Counted from the first letter of the stretch, positions 10,297 through 19,961 are shown. The stretch is 64,000 nt of DNA from an uncultured bacterium (GCA_938092135.1 CALLJL010000003.1:172724-236723), one strand, 5' to 3'. Notes: generated by a model not told the origin, from the letters alone. Made by a program: numbers and translations.

Positions 10297-11384
10297 TTAA
10301 TCGAAGGCTGTTAAAAGAAATCGATTTTTTGACTTTAGCCATAGTTGTAGCTCTTTCTTTAATTGGCCTTCTCTTTATTTATAGTGCCTCTTTTTGTATG
10401 TCAGGAAACTTTTTCCTTAAACAACTAGTCGCGCTAATTATAAGTTTAATTTCTTTGATTGTGGTTATTTCCATCGATTATAGACGTCTTCTTCTTTTTT
10501 CTCTTCCTCTATTTATTCTGACCAACTTCCTTCTTGTTGCCACTATTTTTTTCAGCCGACGCATTGCTGGCACCAAGGGTTGGCTTGACATTTTTTCCTT
10601 CCGTTTTCAGCCAGCAGAGATTGCCAAAATCTCCCTTATTCTTGTCCTGGCTTATTTCTTCTCTGAGCACAGACAGGAAAGGCTGACCACGCAGGCAGCG
10701 ATTGGAAGTTGCGGTCTTGCCGCTATTCCCTTTTTTCTTATCCTTCTACAACCCGATCTTGGAACAGCTGCCTGTTTTTTACCCATTCTAATATCTTCTC
10801 TTTTTTTAGCTGGGCTTAGTCGCCGAGCTATTGCCTTAATGGTGATTTTGGCCATTCTTTTAGGGGCAGCCAGTTGGCATTTTTATCTTAAGGACTACCA
10901 AAAGAAGAGATTGATTACAGTTATCTCTCCTTCTCATGACTTGAAGGGTTCAGGTTACCATGTTCTGCAGTCCAAAATAGCTGTAGGTTCCGGTGGCTTT
11001 TTAGGCAAAGGTTTCAAGAAAGGCACTCAAAGCCAGCTTCGTTTTCTTCCGGCTCGGCATACTGATTTTATTTTTGCGGTGATTTCCGAAGAGGCCGGCT
11101 TCTTAGGCAGTTTTTTCGTCCTTGGACTTTTTGCTTGGCTTATTTGGCGCCTCCTAAAATCGGTTGAATTAGCTAGGGATAGACCGGGAAAATATATAAT
11201 TTTTATGGTAGCTTCTTTAATTTCTGTAGAAGCAATTATTAATATATCAATGGTTATTGGCTTTTTCCCTGTTGTTGGAATTCCTCTTCCCTTTATCAGT
11301 TATGGTGGCTCGTCTCTTCTTGCCCATTATCTGGCAATTGGTTTAGTTCTGAATATTCGGATGAGGAGATTTGTCTATGTTTGA
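10293..11384 (+). CDS. rodA: SEDS glycosyltransferase RodA
   Basis: FQPAEIAK, QPDLGT, HTDFIFAVISEE, GIPLPFISYGGSS. Confidence 0.96.
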   Translation: MINRRLLKEIDFLTLAIVVALSLIGLLFIYSASFCMSGNFFLKQLVALIISLISLIVVISIDYRRLLLFSLPLFILTNFLLVATIFFSRRIAGTKGWLDIFSFRFQPAEIAKISLILVLAYFFSEHRQERLTTQAAIGSCGLAAIPFFLILLQPDLGTAACFLPILISSLFLAGLSRRAIALMVILAILLGAASWHFYLKDYQKKRLITVISPSHDLKGSGYHVLQSKIAVGSGGFLGKGFKKGTQSQLRFLPARHTDFIFAVISEEAGFLGSFFVLGLFAWLIWRLLKSVELARDRPGKYIIFMVASLISVEAIINISMVIGFFPVVGIPLPFISYGGSSLLAHYLAIGLVLNIRMRRFVYV

Positions 11385-13932
11385 GCCTTTTCCCTGGTTG
11401 GAGGAAAAAAAATTCTTTGATTTGCTTCGTCGAGTTCAAAAGCCTGGTCGATACATTGGGGGGGAATGGAATTGTCTCGCTAAGGACCCATCCACTGTCA
11501 AGACTAAAGTCGCCCTTGTTTTCCCTGATGTCTATGAAATCGGAATGTCCTATCTCGGACAGAAAATTCTCTATGACCGGCTAAATGCTCAACCCGATGT
11601 ACTCGCTGAAAGAGTCTTTGCTCCCTGGCCTGACATGGAAAGAGAGCTAAGACAGAGAGGCTGGCCTCTTTTTTCCCTTGAGAATAAATTGCCCCTGAAA
11701 AACTTTGATTTTATTGGCATTTCCCTTCTTTATGAGCTTAATTATGTCAATATTCTGACAATCCTTGATCTCGGTCGCATTCCCCTAAAAGCTGAAGAAA
11801 GAGGAGAAGAGGATCCTCTAGTTATTGGAGGCGGACCTGGGGCCTTGAATCCAGAGCCCCTGGCTCATTTTTTTGATCTTTTTCTTCTTGGCGATGGCGA
11901 AGAGGCCTTCCTGGAAATAATTAGAAAATATCAGCATTTGAAGTCAGCTCGGGCCAGTCGCCTTTCTATATTAAAGCAACTTGCCACTGTAGAAGGGGTT
12001 TATGTTCCTATGTTTTATGAAGTTCATTCAATTAGCAATTCGCCGCTTCTTGTGGTAAGGCCCAAAGAGGGTTTTCCTCCATATATCCATAAAAGAATTT
12101 TGATGCCTTTTGATCTGGCGGACTTCCCCGTATCGATTGTTGTTCCTAATATCCAAATAATTCATGATCGAGTGGCTATGGAAGTGGCCAGGGGGTGTCC
12201 CCAGAAATGTCGTTTTTGTCAGGCGACAGCTATTTATTTTCCCTTTCGAGTGCGCCATCCAGAGAAAGCTATTAATACAATTTTGGCTAGCTTAGATAGC
12301 ACTGGCTATGAAGACTGTTCTTTGACTGCCCTTTCGATTAGCGATTATCCCTATTTTAATGAAATTATTGATGCCTTAATGACTGAACTAGAAGAAAGGA
12401 AAATTTCCCTATCTCTTTCCTCTTTACGACCAGTCGGCTTAACTAAAGAGGCAGTTAAAAATATTCTCAAGGTCAGGAAGACTGGTTTTACTCTCGTTCC
12501 TGAGGCTGGAACTCAACGCCTTCGCCAAGTTATTAATAAGAACCTAAAAGATGAAGATATATTTAAAGCGGCTGAATTGGCTTTTAAGCATGGATGGCGA
12601 TTGCTCAAACTCTATTTCATGATTGGTTTACCTACAGAAAAGAGGGAAGATATAGAGGCTCTCATTACTCTAACAGAGGATATTTACAATTTAGGACGTA
12701 AAATACTTCATCATCCACCTCAGATTAATCTAAGTCTATCTCCTTTTATTCCCAAACCTCATACGCCCTTTCAGTGGCTGGCTATGGCCGAGCCTGAAGA
12801 CCTTGAGGAGAAAATGTCTTTAATAAAATCGAGGCTCAAGCGCTTTCCCACCATAAAAATCAAAGATCGGCGAGTGGACATGTCGATAATTGAAGCTGTG
12901 CTTTCTCGGGGTGACCGGCGTCTTGCCACTGTTATTGAAAAAGTTTGGAGAAAAGGAGCCAGATTCGACAGTTGGGGAGATAATTTTAATTTCTCTCTTT
13001 GGCAACAGGCCTTTAGAGAATCGGGGATATCAATGGACAATTATTTAGGTTCTCTAGATTTACAGGCTGAGCTTCCTTGGGATAGATTTTTAACGGGCTT
13101 GAAAAAGGAATTTTTAAAGGAAGAGCTTGAAAAGGCCTGGAGAGCAGAACCTACACCTTCTTGCTTTGACCATCAATGTTCAATTTGTTTAGGATGCGAA
13201 GCCCCTAAAGAATTCAAGCCCCGAAGAATTAAAAATGCCTTGCCGATTTTTTCAGTAAAAAAGGAAAAAACTGTTGGAAAAAAGAAACAGAAATCCCTTC
13301 ATCGATATCTGATCTTTTATGAAAAAACTGGCTTAGCCCGCTTTCTTTCTCATCTCGATACAATGAGAACAATTGAGCGAGCTTTACGTCGAGCCAAAAT
13401 ACAGTTAGCTTTTTCTCAGGGTTTTCATCCTAAGATGCTTTTAAGCTTTCCTCCTCCTCTTGCTCTCGGGATGGAAGGTTATGGAGAATGTTTTGAATTA
13501 AAATCGTGGCAACCATTGGACGATCAAATTGTGATCCAGTTGAACCGATTTCTGCCATCAGGTTTAAGATTTACGGCGATAAAGCAGGTTCCAGCTTCAG
13601 CTCCTTCTCTGACTAAAAGACTGAAGGCGGCTATTTATTTCCTTCCGCTCGATCGGCCTGAAATCAATGAAGCAATCAATAAAATTAAAACAGGTATGGA
13701 TAAGGACAAAAATCTTCTGGTTTGGCTCGAAAAGAAAATAGGCGAATTTGCTTCAAATCTTGGACCTGAAGAAAAAATATGGTTAGATTTATCCCGCTTA
13801 AGACTTTATTTTCAACTTTCCCCTACGGCTGCTTCTTTTCGGCCGCGAGATTTTATAGAGAAAAACCTTGGTCTTTCTGAGTTAAGTCTTTATCTAGTCA
13901 GGGAGAAAATCATATTTAATGATGGGCAATGA
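11371..13932 (+). CDS. TIGR03960-type B12-binding radical SAM protein fused to a TIGR03936/DUF2344 radical SAM-linked domain
   Basis: KPGRYIGGE, FPDVYEIGMS, RGCPQKCRFCQ (CxxxCxxC), PEAGTQRLR. The C-terminal part has RFLSHLD...FSQGFHPK. Confidence 0.9.
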   Translation: MSMFEPFPWLEEKKFFDLLRRVQKPGRYIGGEWNCLAKDPSTVKTKVALVFPDVYEIGMSYLGQKILYDRLNAQPDVLAERVFAPWPDMERELRQRGWPLFSLENKLPLKNFDFIGISLLYELNYVNILTILDLGRIPLKAEERGEEDPLVIGGGPGALNPEPLAHFFDLFLLGDGEEAFLEIIRKYQHLKSARASRLSILKQLATVEGVYVPMFYEVHSISNSPLLVVRPKEGFPPYIHKRILMPFDLADFPVSIVVPNIQIIHDRVAMEVARGCPQKCRFCQATAIYFPFRVRHPEKAINTILASLDSTGYEDCSLTALSISDYPYFNEIIDALMTELEERKISLSLSSLRPVGLTKEAVKNILKVRKTGFTLVPEAGTQRLRQVINKNLKDEDIFKAAELAFKHGWRLLKLYFMIGLPTEKREDIEALITLTEDIYNLGRKILHHPPQINLSLSPFIPKPHTPFQWLAMAEPEDLEEKMSLIKSRLKRFPTIKIKDRRVDMSIIEAVLSRGDRRLATVIEKVWRKGARFDSWGDNFNFSLWQQAFRESGISMDNYLGSLDLQAELPWDRFLTGLKKEFLKEELEKAWRAEPTPSCFDHQCSICLGCEAPKEFKPRRIKNALPIFSVKKEKTVGKKKQKSLHRYLIFYEKTGLARFLSHLDTMRTIERALRRAKIQLAFSQGFHPKMLLSFPPPLALGMEGYGECFELKSWQPLDDQIVIQLNRFLPSGLRFTAIKQVPASAPSLTKRLKAAIYFLPLDRPEINEAINKIKTGMDKDKNLLVWLEKKIGEFASNLGPEEKIWLDLSRLRLYFQLSPTAASFRPRDFIEKNLGLSELSLYLVREKIIFNDGQ

Positions 13933-13934
13933 AA

Positions 13935-13963
13935 TTGACATCAGAATAGAAATTAGTTATAAG
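13935..13963 (+). promoter_or_regulatory. Sigma70-type promoter for the acyl-CoA dehydrogenase
   Basis: TTGACA-17 nt-TATAAG, followed by an AGGAGG RBS before the GTG start at 14002. Confidence 0.65.
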
Positions 13964-14001
13964 CCAATAAGCTTTGGAACAAAAAATTAAAGGAGGCTAA
14001 A

Positions 14002-15150
14002 GTGATTGATTTTAGTTTGACAGAGGAACAATTGGCCCTTCAAGCTATGGCCAGGGAATTTGCCCTTAAAGAGATGAGGCCAAATGCTGCTCGATATGAT
14101 CGGGGTGATGAATTTCCCTGGCCCATTATGAAAAAGGCTTTTGAAGCTGGCTTTTTAACCTGCAATATCCCTGAAGAGTATGGTGGGGGTGGCTTAGGCG
14201 AACTAGATACGGTCATTATTAGCGAAGAGCTTGCGGCTGGTTGTGCTGGTATGTTTACCACCATAATGGCCAATGGTTTAGCCTTTACGCCAATTATTCT
14301 TTTTGGGACTGAGGAGCAAAAAAAGAAATTTTTAACGCCCTTTACGCAGGAAATGGGTTTTGCCTCCTTTTGCCTGACTGAAAGAGAGGCAGGCTCTGAT
14401 GCTGGCTCTCTGAAAACGAGGGCTGAAAAGAAAGGCAATGAATATGTTATCAATGGTTCTAAATGCTTTATAACCAACGGGGGCATTGCTAGACTATATG
14501 TTGTCTTTGCCAATACAGCCCCCGAGAAAGGAGCAAGGGGAATAAGTGCCTTTATTGTGCCGAGGGAAACTCCTGGGATTACTATAGGCAAAGAAGAAGA
14601 TAAGCTGGGCCATCGAGCTTCCAATACAGTAGAGCTTTTCTTTGAAGATGTTAGAGTTCCTGAAGAAAATCTTCTTGGAAGTGAGGGTTTGGGTTTTCTC
14701 ATTGCCATGAAGACTCTGGATAAAACGAGAGTTTCCGTTGGAGCTGCAGGTGTCGGTTTGGCGAAAACAGCATTGGAATATGCAATTAATTATGCTAAAA
14801 CCAGAATTCAATTTGGCAAACCCATAGCTACTTTCCAACACATTGCCTTTAAAATTGCCCAACTGGCTATGGAGATAAATGCTGCCAGACAACTTGTTTA
14901 TTATGCAGCTTGGCTGGCAGATCAGGGTAAGCCCTGTAGCAAAGAATCGGCAATGGCCAAATGCTTCGGATCTGATGTCGCTATGAAAGCCGCTTGCGAG
15001 TGCCTTCAAATCTTCGGCGGCTATGGTTACATGAAGGATTATCCGATGGAAAAACTTTTAAGAGACGCAAAGCTTCTTCAGATTTATGAAGGAACTAACG
15101 AAATTCAGCGACTAATCATTTCTAGGGAAGTAATTGGACCTATTAAATAA
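14002..15150 (+). CDS. Acyl-CoA dehydrogenase (short/branched-chain type)
   Basis: FCLTEREAGSD, NGSKCFITNG, RIQFGKPI, GGYGYMKDYPMEKLLRDAK, IYEGTNEIQR. Confidence 0.95.
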   Translation: MIDFSLTEEQLALQAMAREFALKEMRPNAARYDRGDEFPWPIMKKAFEAGFLTCNIPEEYGGGGLGELDTVIISEELAAGCAGMFTTIMANGLAFTPIILFGTEEQKKKFLTPFTQEMGFASFCLTEREAGSDAGSLKTRAEKKGNEYVINGSKCFITNGGIARLYVVFANTAPEKGARGISAFIVPRETPGITIGKEEDKLGHRASNTVELFFEDVRVPEENLLGSEGLGFLIAMKTLDKTRVSVGAAGVGLAKTALEYAINYAKTRIQFGKPIATFQHIAFKIAQLAMEINAARQLVYYAAWLADQGKPCSKESAMAKCFGSDVAMKAACECLQIFGGYGYMKDYPMEKLLRDAKLLQIYEGTNEIQRLIISREVIGPIK

Positions 15151-15195
15151 AAAAGCAAAAAAATAAGTAATGCTTAAATGATGAGAAAAAAAGAG

Positions 15196-15232
15196 AATTT
15201 AAATAAATTTAGAAATCTAATTTATTTAAATT
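15196..15232. terminator. AT-rich near-perfect inverted repeat between convergent genes, possible bidirectional terminator
   Basis: AATTTAAATAAATTTAGA-AA-TCTAATTTATTTAAATT, with a one-base bulge. Confidence 0.45.
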
Positions 15233-15247
15233 TTTAAAAAATGATCG

Positions 15248-15643
15248 CTAATTGCCTTCTTCGGTGAAGTATTCTGGGATAAGACCAAGAGTTTCTACGC
15301 CCGCTCCTTTGGCAATATCAATGAGTTCCATAACCTGAACAAAGGGTAACTTGGCATCGGCTCGAATAAAAATGGTTTTGTCCTGACGGGCTGAATAAAT
15401 GGCTCTTAATCTGTCTTGAAGCATAGCCAGATCAATCTGCTCCTGATTAATCATCACAGAAAGGTCTTTTTTCAGGGTTAAAACGATAATTCCAGCCGGA
15501 ATACCACCGCCAGTATCCTGAGCTGTTTCAGGTAGCTTAACGTCGATTCCCTTTTGGACCATGGGAGTAATAACCATAAAAATAATCAGGAGAACGAGGA
15601 GAACGTCACACAAAGGGACAACATTTGGTTCAGCCTTGGCCAT
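15248..15643 (-). CDS. ExbD/TolR family biopolymer transport protein
   Basis: PNVVPLCDVLLVLLIIFMV TM with the conserved Asp, IDVKLP, IFIRAD. AGGAGG RBS. Confidence 0.93.
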   Translation of the reverse strand: MAKAEPNVVPLCDVLLVLLIIFMVITPMVQKGIDVKLPETAQDTGGGIPAGIIVLTLKKDLSVMINQEQIDLAMLQDRLRAIYSARQDKTIFIRADAKLPFVQVMELIDIAKGAGVETLGLIPEYFTEEGN

Positions 15644-15676
15644 AATAGCCTCCTTAATATCTTTCTTTAAGTTTTA

Positions 15677-15706
15677 ATTTTAAAGCAATTCCTTTACCTT
15701 TGTCAA
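15677..15706 (-). promoter_or_regulatory. Probable sigma70 promoter of the exbD/tolR gene
   Basis: Minus strand TTGACA-18 nt-TAAAAT, about 35 nt upstream of the ATG. Confidence 0.5.
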
Positions 15707-16089
15707 TTAGGACACTTCATTTAGGTATAAACATGGTATTCAGGTTATTTGGAAAAGGCCCTATAAAAAAGACAGGGTGATCAAGTCATCGTACTTAAGC
15801 CTTAGAAATCAATGAAATTAATTCACTTAATTTTGGCAAAAGGAAAGATTTCTCCCTTAAAAGTTTTAAGCAAAATCTTGTAAGAAGGGGAGTAAACCTT
15901 CTGGAGAGCGGATTCATTTTCAGGTTGGTCTGAGGAAATCTGCGACCAATCGGCTTTGGCTTCAATCAAATTGCGCTCTCCATTTGTGGATAATATATAG
16001 CGACTTGATTTAGACTTATGCACGAATCTTGATTTAAAATTTTAGGTGAGCTCTCATTAGCTACCTGAAGTGGCTTTTGTTTCTTTGGG

Positions 16090-16603
16090 TTGAATTAGAT
16101 ATGTTTCCTGGCCTTTATTTCTTTCTCTTTCCTTATCCTGGATGCCCTGTTACTGTCAATGACAAGTTTTTATGGATCAAGATGACAGTTGTTTCGCCTA
16201 TACGTAGTAAAGTAGAGGCCAAACCAAGCCTCATGATAGCCCCTACCGCAGCATTCATCAAAGGGATCTACAATAAAACCCTAGCATGTTCATCTCCAGC
16301 ATCGGTTGAGCAGCTAAATACGCTTTCTCTTGCTTGTATCGTTTTAGATGGTTATTAGTCTAACTAAGAACAGAGTTGCCAGCATTTTTAAAATTTTCTT
16401 TGACATTGGAGCCCCTTCCTTAATTTATTTTTATTAGGGGCTTCTATTTTTACTCGATGTATAGCTTCCAAACTTTCAGGAACTTATAAAAATGAGATTT
16501 CTTTAGTTATATCATTTTCAGATTGTTTAAGGATGAAATCAGTAATGATAGAACTGCGTTTTCTATCGATCCATTATCATAAGGAAAAACGCCTTTCCTT
16601 CAT
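16090..16603 (-). pseudogene. Decayed gene relics (one begins with a signal-peptide-like start)
   Basis: Two minus-strand ATGs with good RBSs (GAGGT before 16603, AAGGAAGG before 16406: MSKKILKMLATLFLVRLITI*), both followed by premature stops or frameshifts. Left boundary is approximate. Confidence 0.3.
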
Positions 16604-16698
16604 GGCTTACCTCGTGGGTTAGTGTTTTTACCTTCATAGTTTAAAACCGAGTCTCTACCCCTTTTAACCCTGAAAAAAGATGCTTCTTGTCAAGATCA

Positions 16699-17062
16699 TG
16701 TAGAGGTTCAAATAATCAGTAACCCAGTAATTTTCTAATTTTTTTCCCATTTCTGATTTTATTGATAAGGAGCCAAATAATCATGGCCCTGAGGGAGTCT
16801 GATGTAATTATTAATATAAGCCCATTTTTCTATTTACCCACATGTTCTTCCGAGTTTAGGTCAGCATCATAGACTTTACAAAAGTCTTCGTAGCGGGTCT
16901 GGTTAGTTCCATCCGTTTGTCCATTCAATTTAGGAGATTTGATAGGAAATTAAAAAAGAATAATGTTTTTGCTCCTGATAGCCTCTTCAAATTGACCTTT
17001 GAATTCTGAGACGCCACGATCTGGATAGTCTGGATAGCCAATGGAAATTTCTTGCTCAGATA
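16699..17062 (-). mobile_element. Degenerate IS481-like (rve integrase-core) transposase remnant with one terminal end
   Basis: Manual translation across frameshifts and stops: KKFPLAIQTIQ / GVSEFKGQFEEAIRSKNIILF*FPIKSPKLNGQTDGTNQTRYEDFCKVYDADLNSEEH / EKWAYINNYIRLPQGHDYLAPYQ. This resembles the DxGSEF...SPKLNGxVER...YNxxRPHxxLxxxxP pattern. A 5'-TGT end (TGTAGAGGTTCAAATAATCAGTAAC) lies at 16699. Confidence 0.75.
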
Positions 17063-17135
17063 AAGTGGCCACCTTTATATTGCCATCTTATAAAAGCCAA
17101 GGTATATTAAAAGAAAAACAAAAAGAGGAGGAGGG

Positions 17136-17408
17136 ATGAAGGAACTTAAGGTTGAAGTAGTAGAAATTAAAGAGCGGTGCGGCGCTAAACATAAAGTCGG
17201 CGATTGTTTTTTCATCCGGGGCGAAGGAACAATTGAAATTCCCGCCGGTAAACGGGTATGCCTTTTTGCTCTTAATAGTCTTTTTCCTTTCTTAACTGCT
17301 AAACAGCGGGAGGATGAACTTCCCGAGGATGATTGGATTGCTGAAACTGAATACCTGACCTGCCCCGATCCCAAGGGAGTAGTTTTCAAAGTTACCTGTC
17401 TCGATTAA
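17136..17408 (+). CDS. TIGR04076-family small Cys-containing protein
   Basis: CGAKHKVGDCF, VCLFAL, TCPDPKGVVFKV pattern. Strong GAGGAGG RBS. Confidence 0.8.
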   Translation: MKELKVEVVEIKERCGAKHKVGDCFFIRGEGTIEIPAGKRVCLFALNSLFPFLTAKQREDELPEDDWIAETEYLTCPDPKGVVFKVTCLD

Positions 17409-17432
17409 AGAGCCAAGAATAAATTAACTTAT

Positions 17433-18476
17433 TTAAGCAGAAAGAGTAAGTTTCTTTACAGTTTGTTCCCAGGTTATTGATTTAACAAAATCAAAAGCTT
17501 TTTGACCAAGAGAGGCAGCTAGATCTGGCTCAAATATTATTTTTTCAATGGCTGAGGCTATGGCCGCTGGATCAGGAGAGACAATAAAGCCACCCCCTGA
17601 AAGAGAAACGAGCTCAGCTGGTCCGCCGCTATCTTGACAGGTAATAACAGCCTTTCTTGAGGAAAAAGCCTCTACCGTCACCAAACCATAATCCTCTTGA
17701 TAGGGGCCAAAATAAACAGCGCGGCATTCAGCGTAGGCCTGAAGAAGAGAGGTTTCATCTAACCAACCGGTGATAATAATTTTTTCTTCAAGGCTTAGTT
17801 GCCGAATAAGTTTTTCAAGTTCTGGCCTTTCGGGGCCATCTCCAATGATGATTATTTTTATTGATTTTGAGGCCAGATGAGCAGCGGCTTTTATTAGCAA
17901 GTCGAGGCGCTTTAGTTTTTGAAGTCTGGAAATAGCCAAGATGAAATCACCGTATTCTTTAAAACGATAAGGCCTTTGCGGCGCGGGTGGATATAGAACT
18001 TCCGAATTAATTTTTCCCCATTTTTGGAGTCTCTGTTGAATTGTTTTAGATTGAGCATAAATTTTGGTTATCCTATGTTTAAATAAATAATTATCAAGGC
18101 GATGAAGAAGCCAACGTTTTAAGCTTTCCTTGATCTTTAGCTTGAATGATAAAGGGGCTGAAAACTGATTCCATAGGTCATAATATTCCCTAAAACGATG
18201 ATTGAGCCAGTTGACATGAACCGGATGTTGAACGGCAAAACTGGGAAAGCGAAAGGAAATAACCAGATCAATCTTTCGGCCAAGCCCATCTTCACTGACA
18301 TCAGTCAACCAATTGGCCATATAAGCTTGGAAAATGCGGCCAAAGCGATTTTGAGGGGTCAGGATAAGCTCAGCCTGGTGGCCAGCGTTTTGCAAAGCCT
18401 TAACTGTTGATTGAGCGATAATTAAATGGCCCCCATGGACAAAGGGAACATGGGAGGTAACAACAGCAATTCTCAT
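17433..18476 (-). CDS. Glycosyltransferase family 4 (GT-B)
   Basis: ISRLQKLKRLDLLI, IIGDGPER, EDYGLVTVEA (ExxGxxxxEA), SGGPAELV. Confidence 0.92.
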   Translation of the reverse strand: MRIAVVTSHVPFVHGGHLIIAQSTVKALQNAGHQAELILTPQNRFGRIFQAYMANWLTDVSEDGLGRKIDLVISFRFPSFAVQHPVHVNWLNHRFREYYDLWNQFSAPLSFKLKIKESLKRWLLHRLDNYLFKHRITKIYAQSKTIQQRLQKWGKINSEVLYPPAPQRPYRFKEYGDFILAISRLQKLKRLDLLIKAAAHLASKSIKIIIIGDGPERPELEKLIRQLSLEEKIIITGWLDETSLLQAYAECRAVYFGPYQEDYGLVTVEAFSSRKAVITCQDSGGPAELVSLSGGGFIVSPDPAAIASAIEKIIFEPDLAASLGQKAFDFVKSITWEQTVKKLTLSA

Positions 18477-18661
18477 CTTATATCCCTGGAGAACTTAAAT
18501 TAAAGAAAAAAAATATTTCATTCTTCTTTGAATTAGCCAGTGGCCATATAGATTTGCCTTTGAAAGTTTAATTATTTTTTGTTTTTGTATTAATTCCTGT
18601 AAATCCATTATTATTTCAAATTAGTGGAAAATCTGAAGCTTGAAATCAAAAGGGTAGTTCC

Positions 18662-19072
18662 TCAAGTAAGAGTTTTAAGAGCCTTTCTATGATTGCTGGT
18701 ATTAAAAACAAGCAAAGCCTTTCCCAGACCGGCTGAAGTTCCATAGCAATGATGAATGTCAATAGCGGCATTACCTAATAGAGCCCCTATTTCAGCTCCA
18801 GCTCCTATCCGATCGCTAATCTCGCAGGTAATAACCTTTTCAATTTTAACCTTATAGCCAAGACTCCGGAGGCACTTTCGGGCCTTAGAATTATCTGAAG
18901 TTATCAAATAAAAAAGGCCTTTTTCATTCAGCGATTGGGCACATAATGCAATTAAATTAATTCCGGCATTAGCTAAAGTACTTAAAACTCTCCCCAAGAT
19001 GCCAGGTTCATTGGGAGTTATTACTTGAAGTTCAGTGGCCTCTAAAACCTTAAACACTTTTTGCCTCCTCAA
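18662..19072 (-). CDS. Tandem ACT-domain protein
   Basis: PNEPGILGRVLSTLANAGINL and SDRIGAGAEIGALLGNAAIDI, two ACT-like repeats. Confidence 0.82.
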   Translation of the reverse strand: MRRQKVFKVLEATELQVITPNEPGILGRVLSTLANAGINLIALCAQSLNEKGLFYLITSDNSKARKCLRSLGYKVKIEKVITCEISDRIGAGAEIGALLGNAAIDIHHCYGTSAGLGKALLVFNTSNHRKALKTLT

Positions 19073-19120
19073 AGCTAAGAATTATAACAAAAAAAGGGAA
19101 TTGAATTCAAAAAACGTAAA

Positions 19121-19145
19121 AGATAAGATAAGATAAGATAAGATA
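19121..19145. repeat. Pentanucleotide tandem repeat (AGATA)x5
   Basis: Read directly from the sequence, in the spacer between the divergent ACT and amidotransferase genes. Confidence 0.9.
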
Positions 19146-19176
19146 CCTATTAAAATTTTCCATCTGGAGGCCGCTG

Positions 19177-19863
19177 ATGAGTAAAGAGCCAAGGGTAGCC
19201 ATAATTGACAACTCCATTTTCCCAGATCTATATAAGCCTGTTGATCACTGGAAAAAATACCTTTCTATTCCCTTCCAATCCTTTCGAGCCCCTGAAGGAG
19301 TGCTCCCTGATTTAGATGATGGTTTTACCCACATTATCTTAACTGGCTCTGAAGCATCCATTGTTGAAAGAGATGATTGGGTTTACCAAGAAGTGGATTT
19401 TATTCGGCAGGCATTTAATCGAAATCTGGCTCTTCTTGGAAGCTGTTATGGCCATCAACTTCTAGTTTTTTCCCTACTGGGGGAAGCCCATGTCCGTCGC
19501 TCTCCCCAGCCTGAAATAGGCTGGATAAAGATCAGGGCTTCTCAGCTTCATGAGCTTTTTGGATGGAGAGAGGAATTTTATTCTTTTTCAATTCATTTTG
19601 ATGAAGTTATTGATCTTAAACCCCCCTTTCATGCTTTGGCTGAGACCGAAATATGCCCGATCCAAGCTTTCGAGATAAAAGGGGAGAGGGTCTGGGGGAT
19701 TCAATTTCATCCAGAAATTAATGTTGAGGAAGCCCGATTTTTCCTTAACGAACTTATTTTGAGAGGTTGGCCCAATCAGGATCTTTTGGCTCAGGCTCTA
19801 AGGATGGAAACAAAAGACTCTGGGATAATTAATTCAATCTTATCTTTCTTTCTTTCGCATTAA
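19177..19863 (+). CDS. Type 1 glutamine amidotransferase-like protein (GMP-synthase-like GATase)
   Basis: ILTGS, GSCYGHQ (nucleophile Cys), GIQFHPE (His-x-Glu). Confidence 0.9.
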   Translation: MSKEPRVAIIDNSIFPDLYKPVDHWKKYLSIPFQSFRAPEGVLPDLDDGFTHIILTGSEASIVERDDWVYQEVDFIRQAFNRNLALLGSCYGHQLLVFSLLGEAHVRRSPQPEIGWIKIRASQLHELFGWREEFYSFSIHFDEVIDLKPPFHALAETEICPIQAFEIKGERVWGIQFHPEINVEEARFFLNELILRGWPNQDLLAQALRMETKDSGIINSILSFFLSH

Positions 19864-19961
19864 ATTTCAATCTAATTTAACCTAAAAAGAGGATGAAAAT
19901 AACCCACGTATTGATTAAAAGATTTATAAACAAAAAAAATATCTTAGCGAAACGATTTTTC

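Noticed and set aside
14040-15009. Long antisense ORFs (222 aa and 171 aa) opposite the acyl-CoA dehydrogenase
   Set aside because: They are shadows of a well-conserved gene, with no motifs or RBS. The same applies to the many other short antisense or overlapping ORFs in the track.
15823-16023. 66-aa minus-strand ORF
   Set aside because: No RBS or motif. At most a fragment of the decayed region.
16077-16358. 93-aa plus-strand ORF in the large gap
   Set aside because: TTG start, no RBS, no recognisable motif. The coding traces in this region are on the minus strand.
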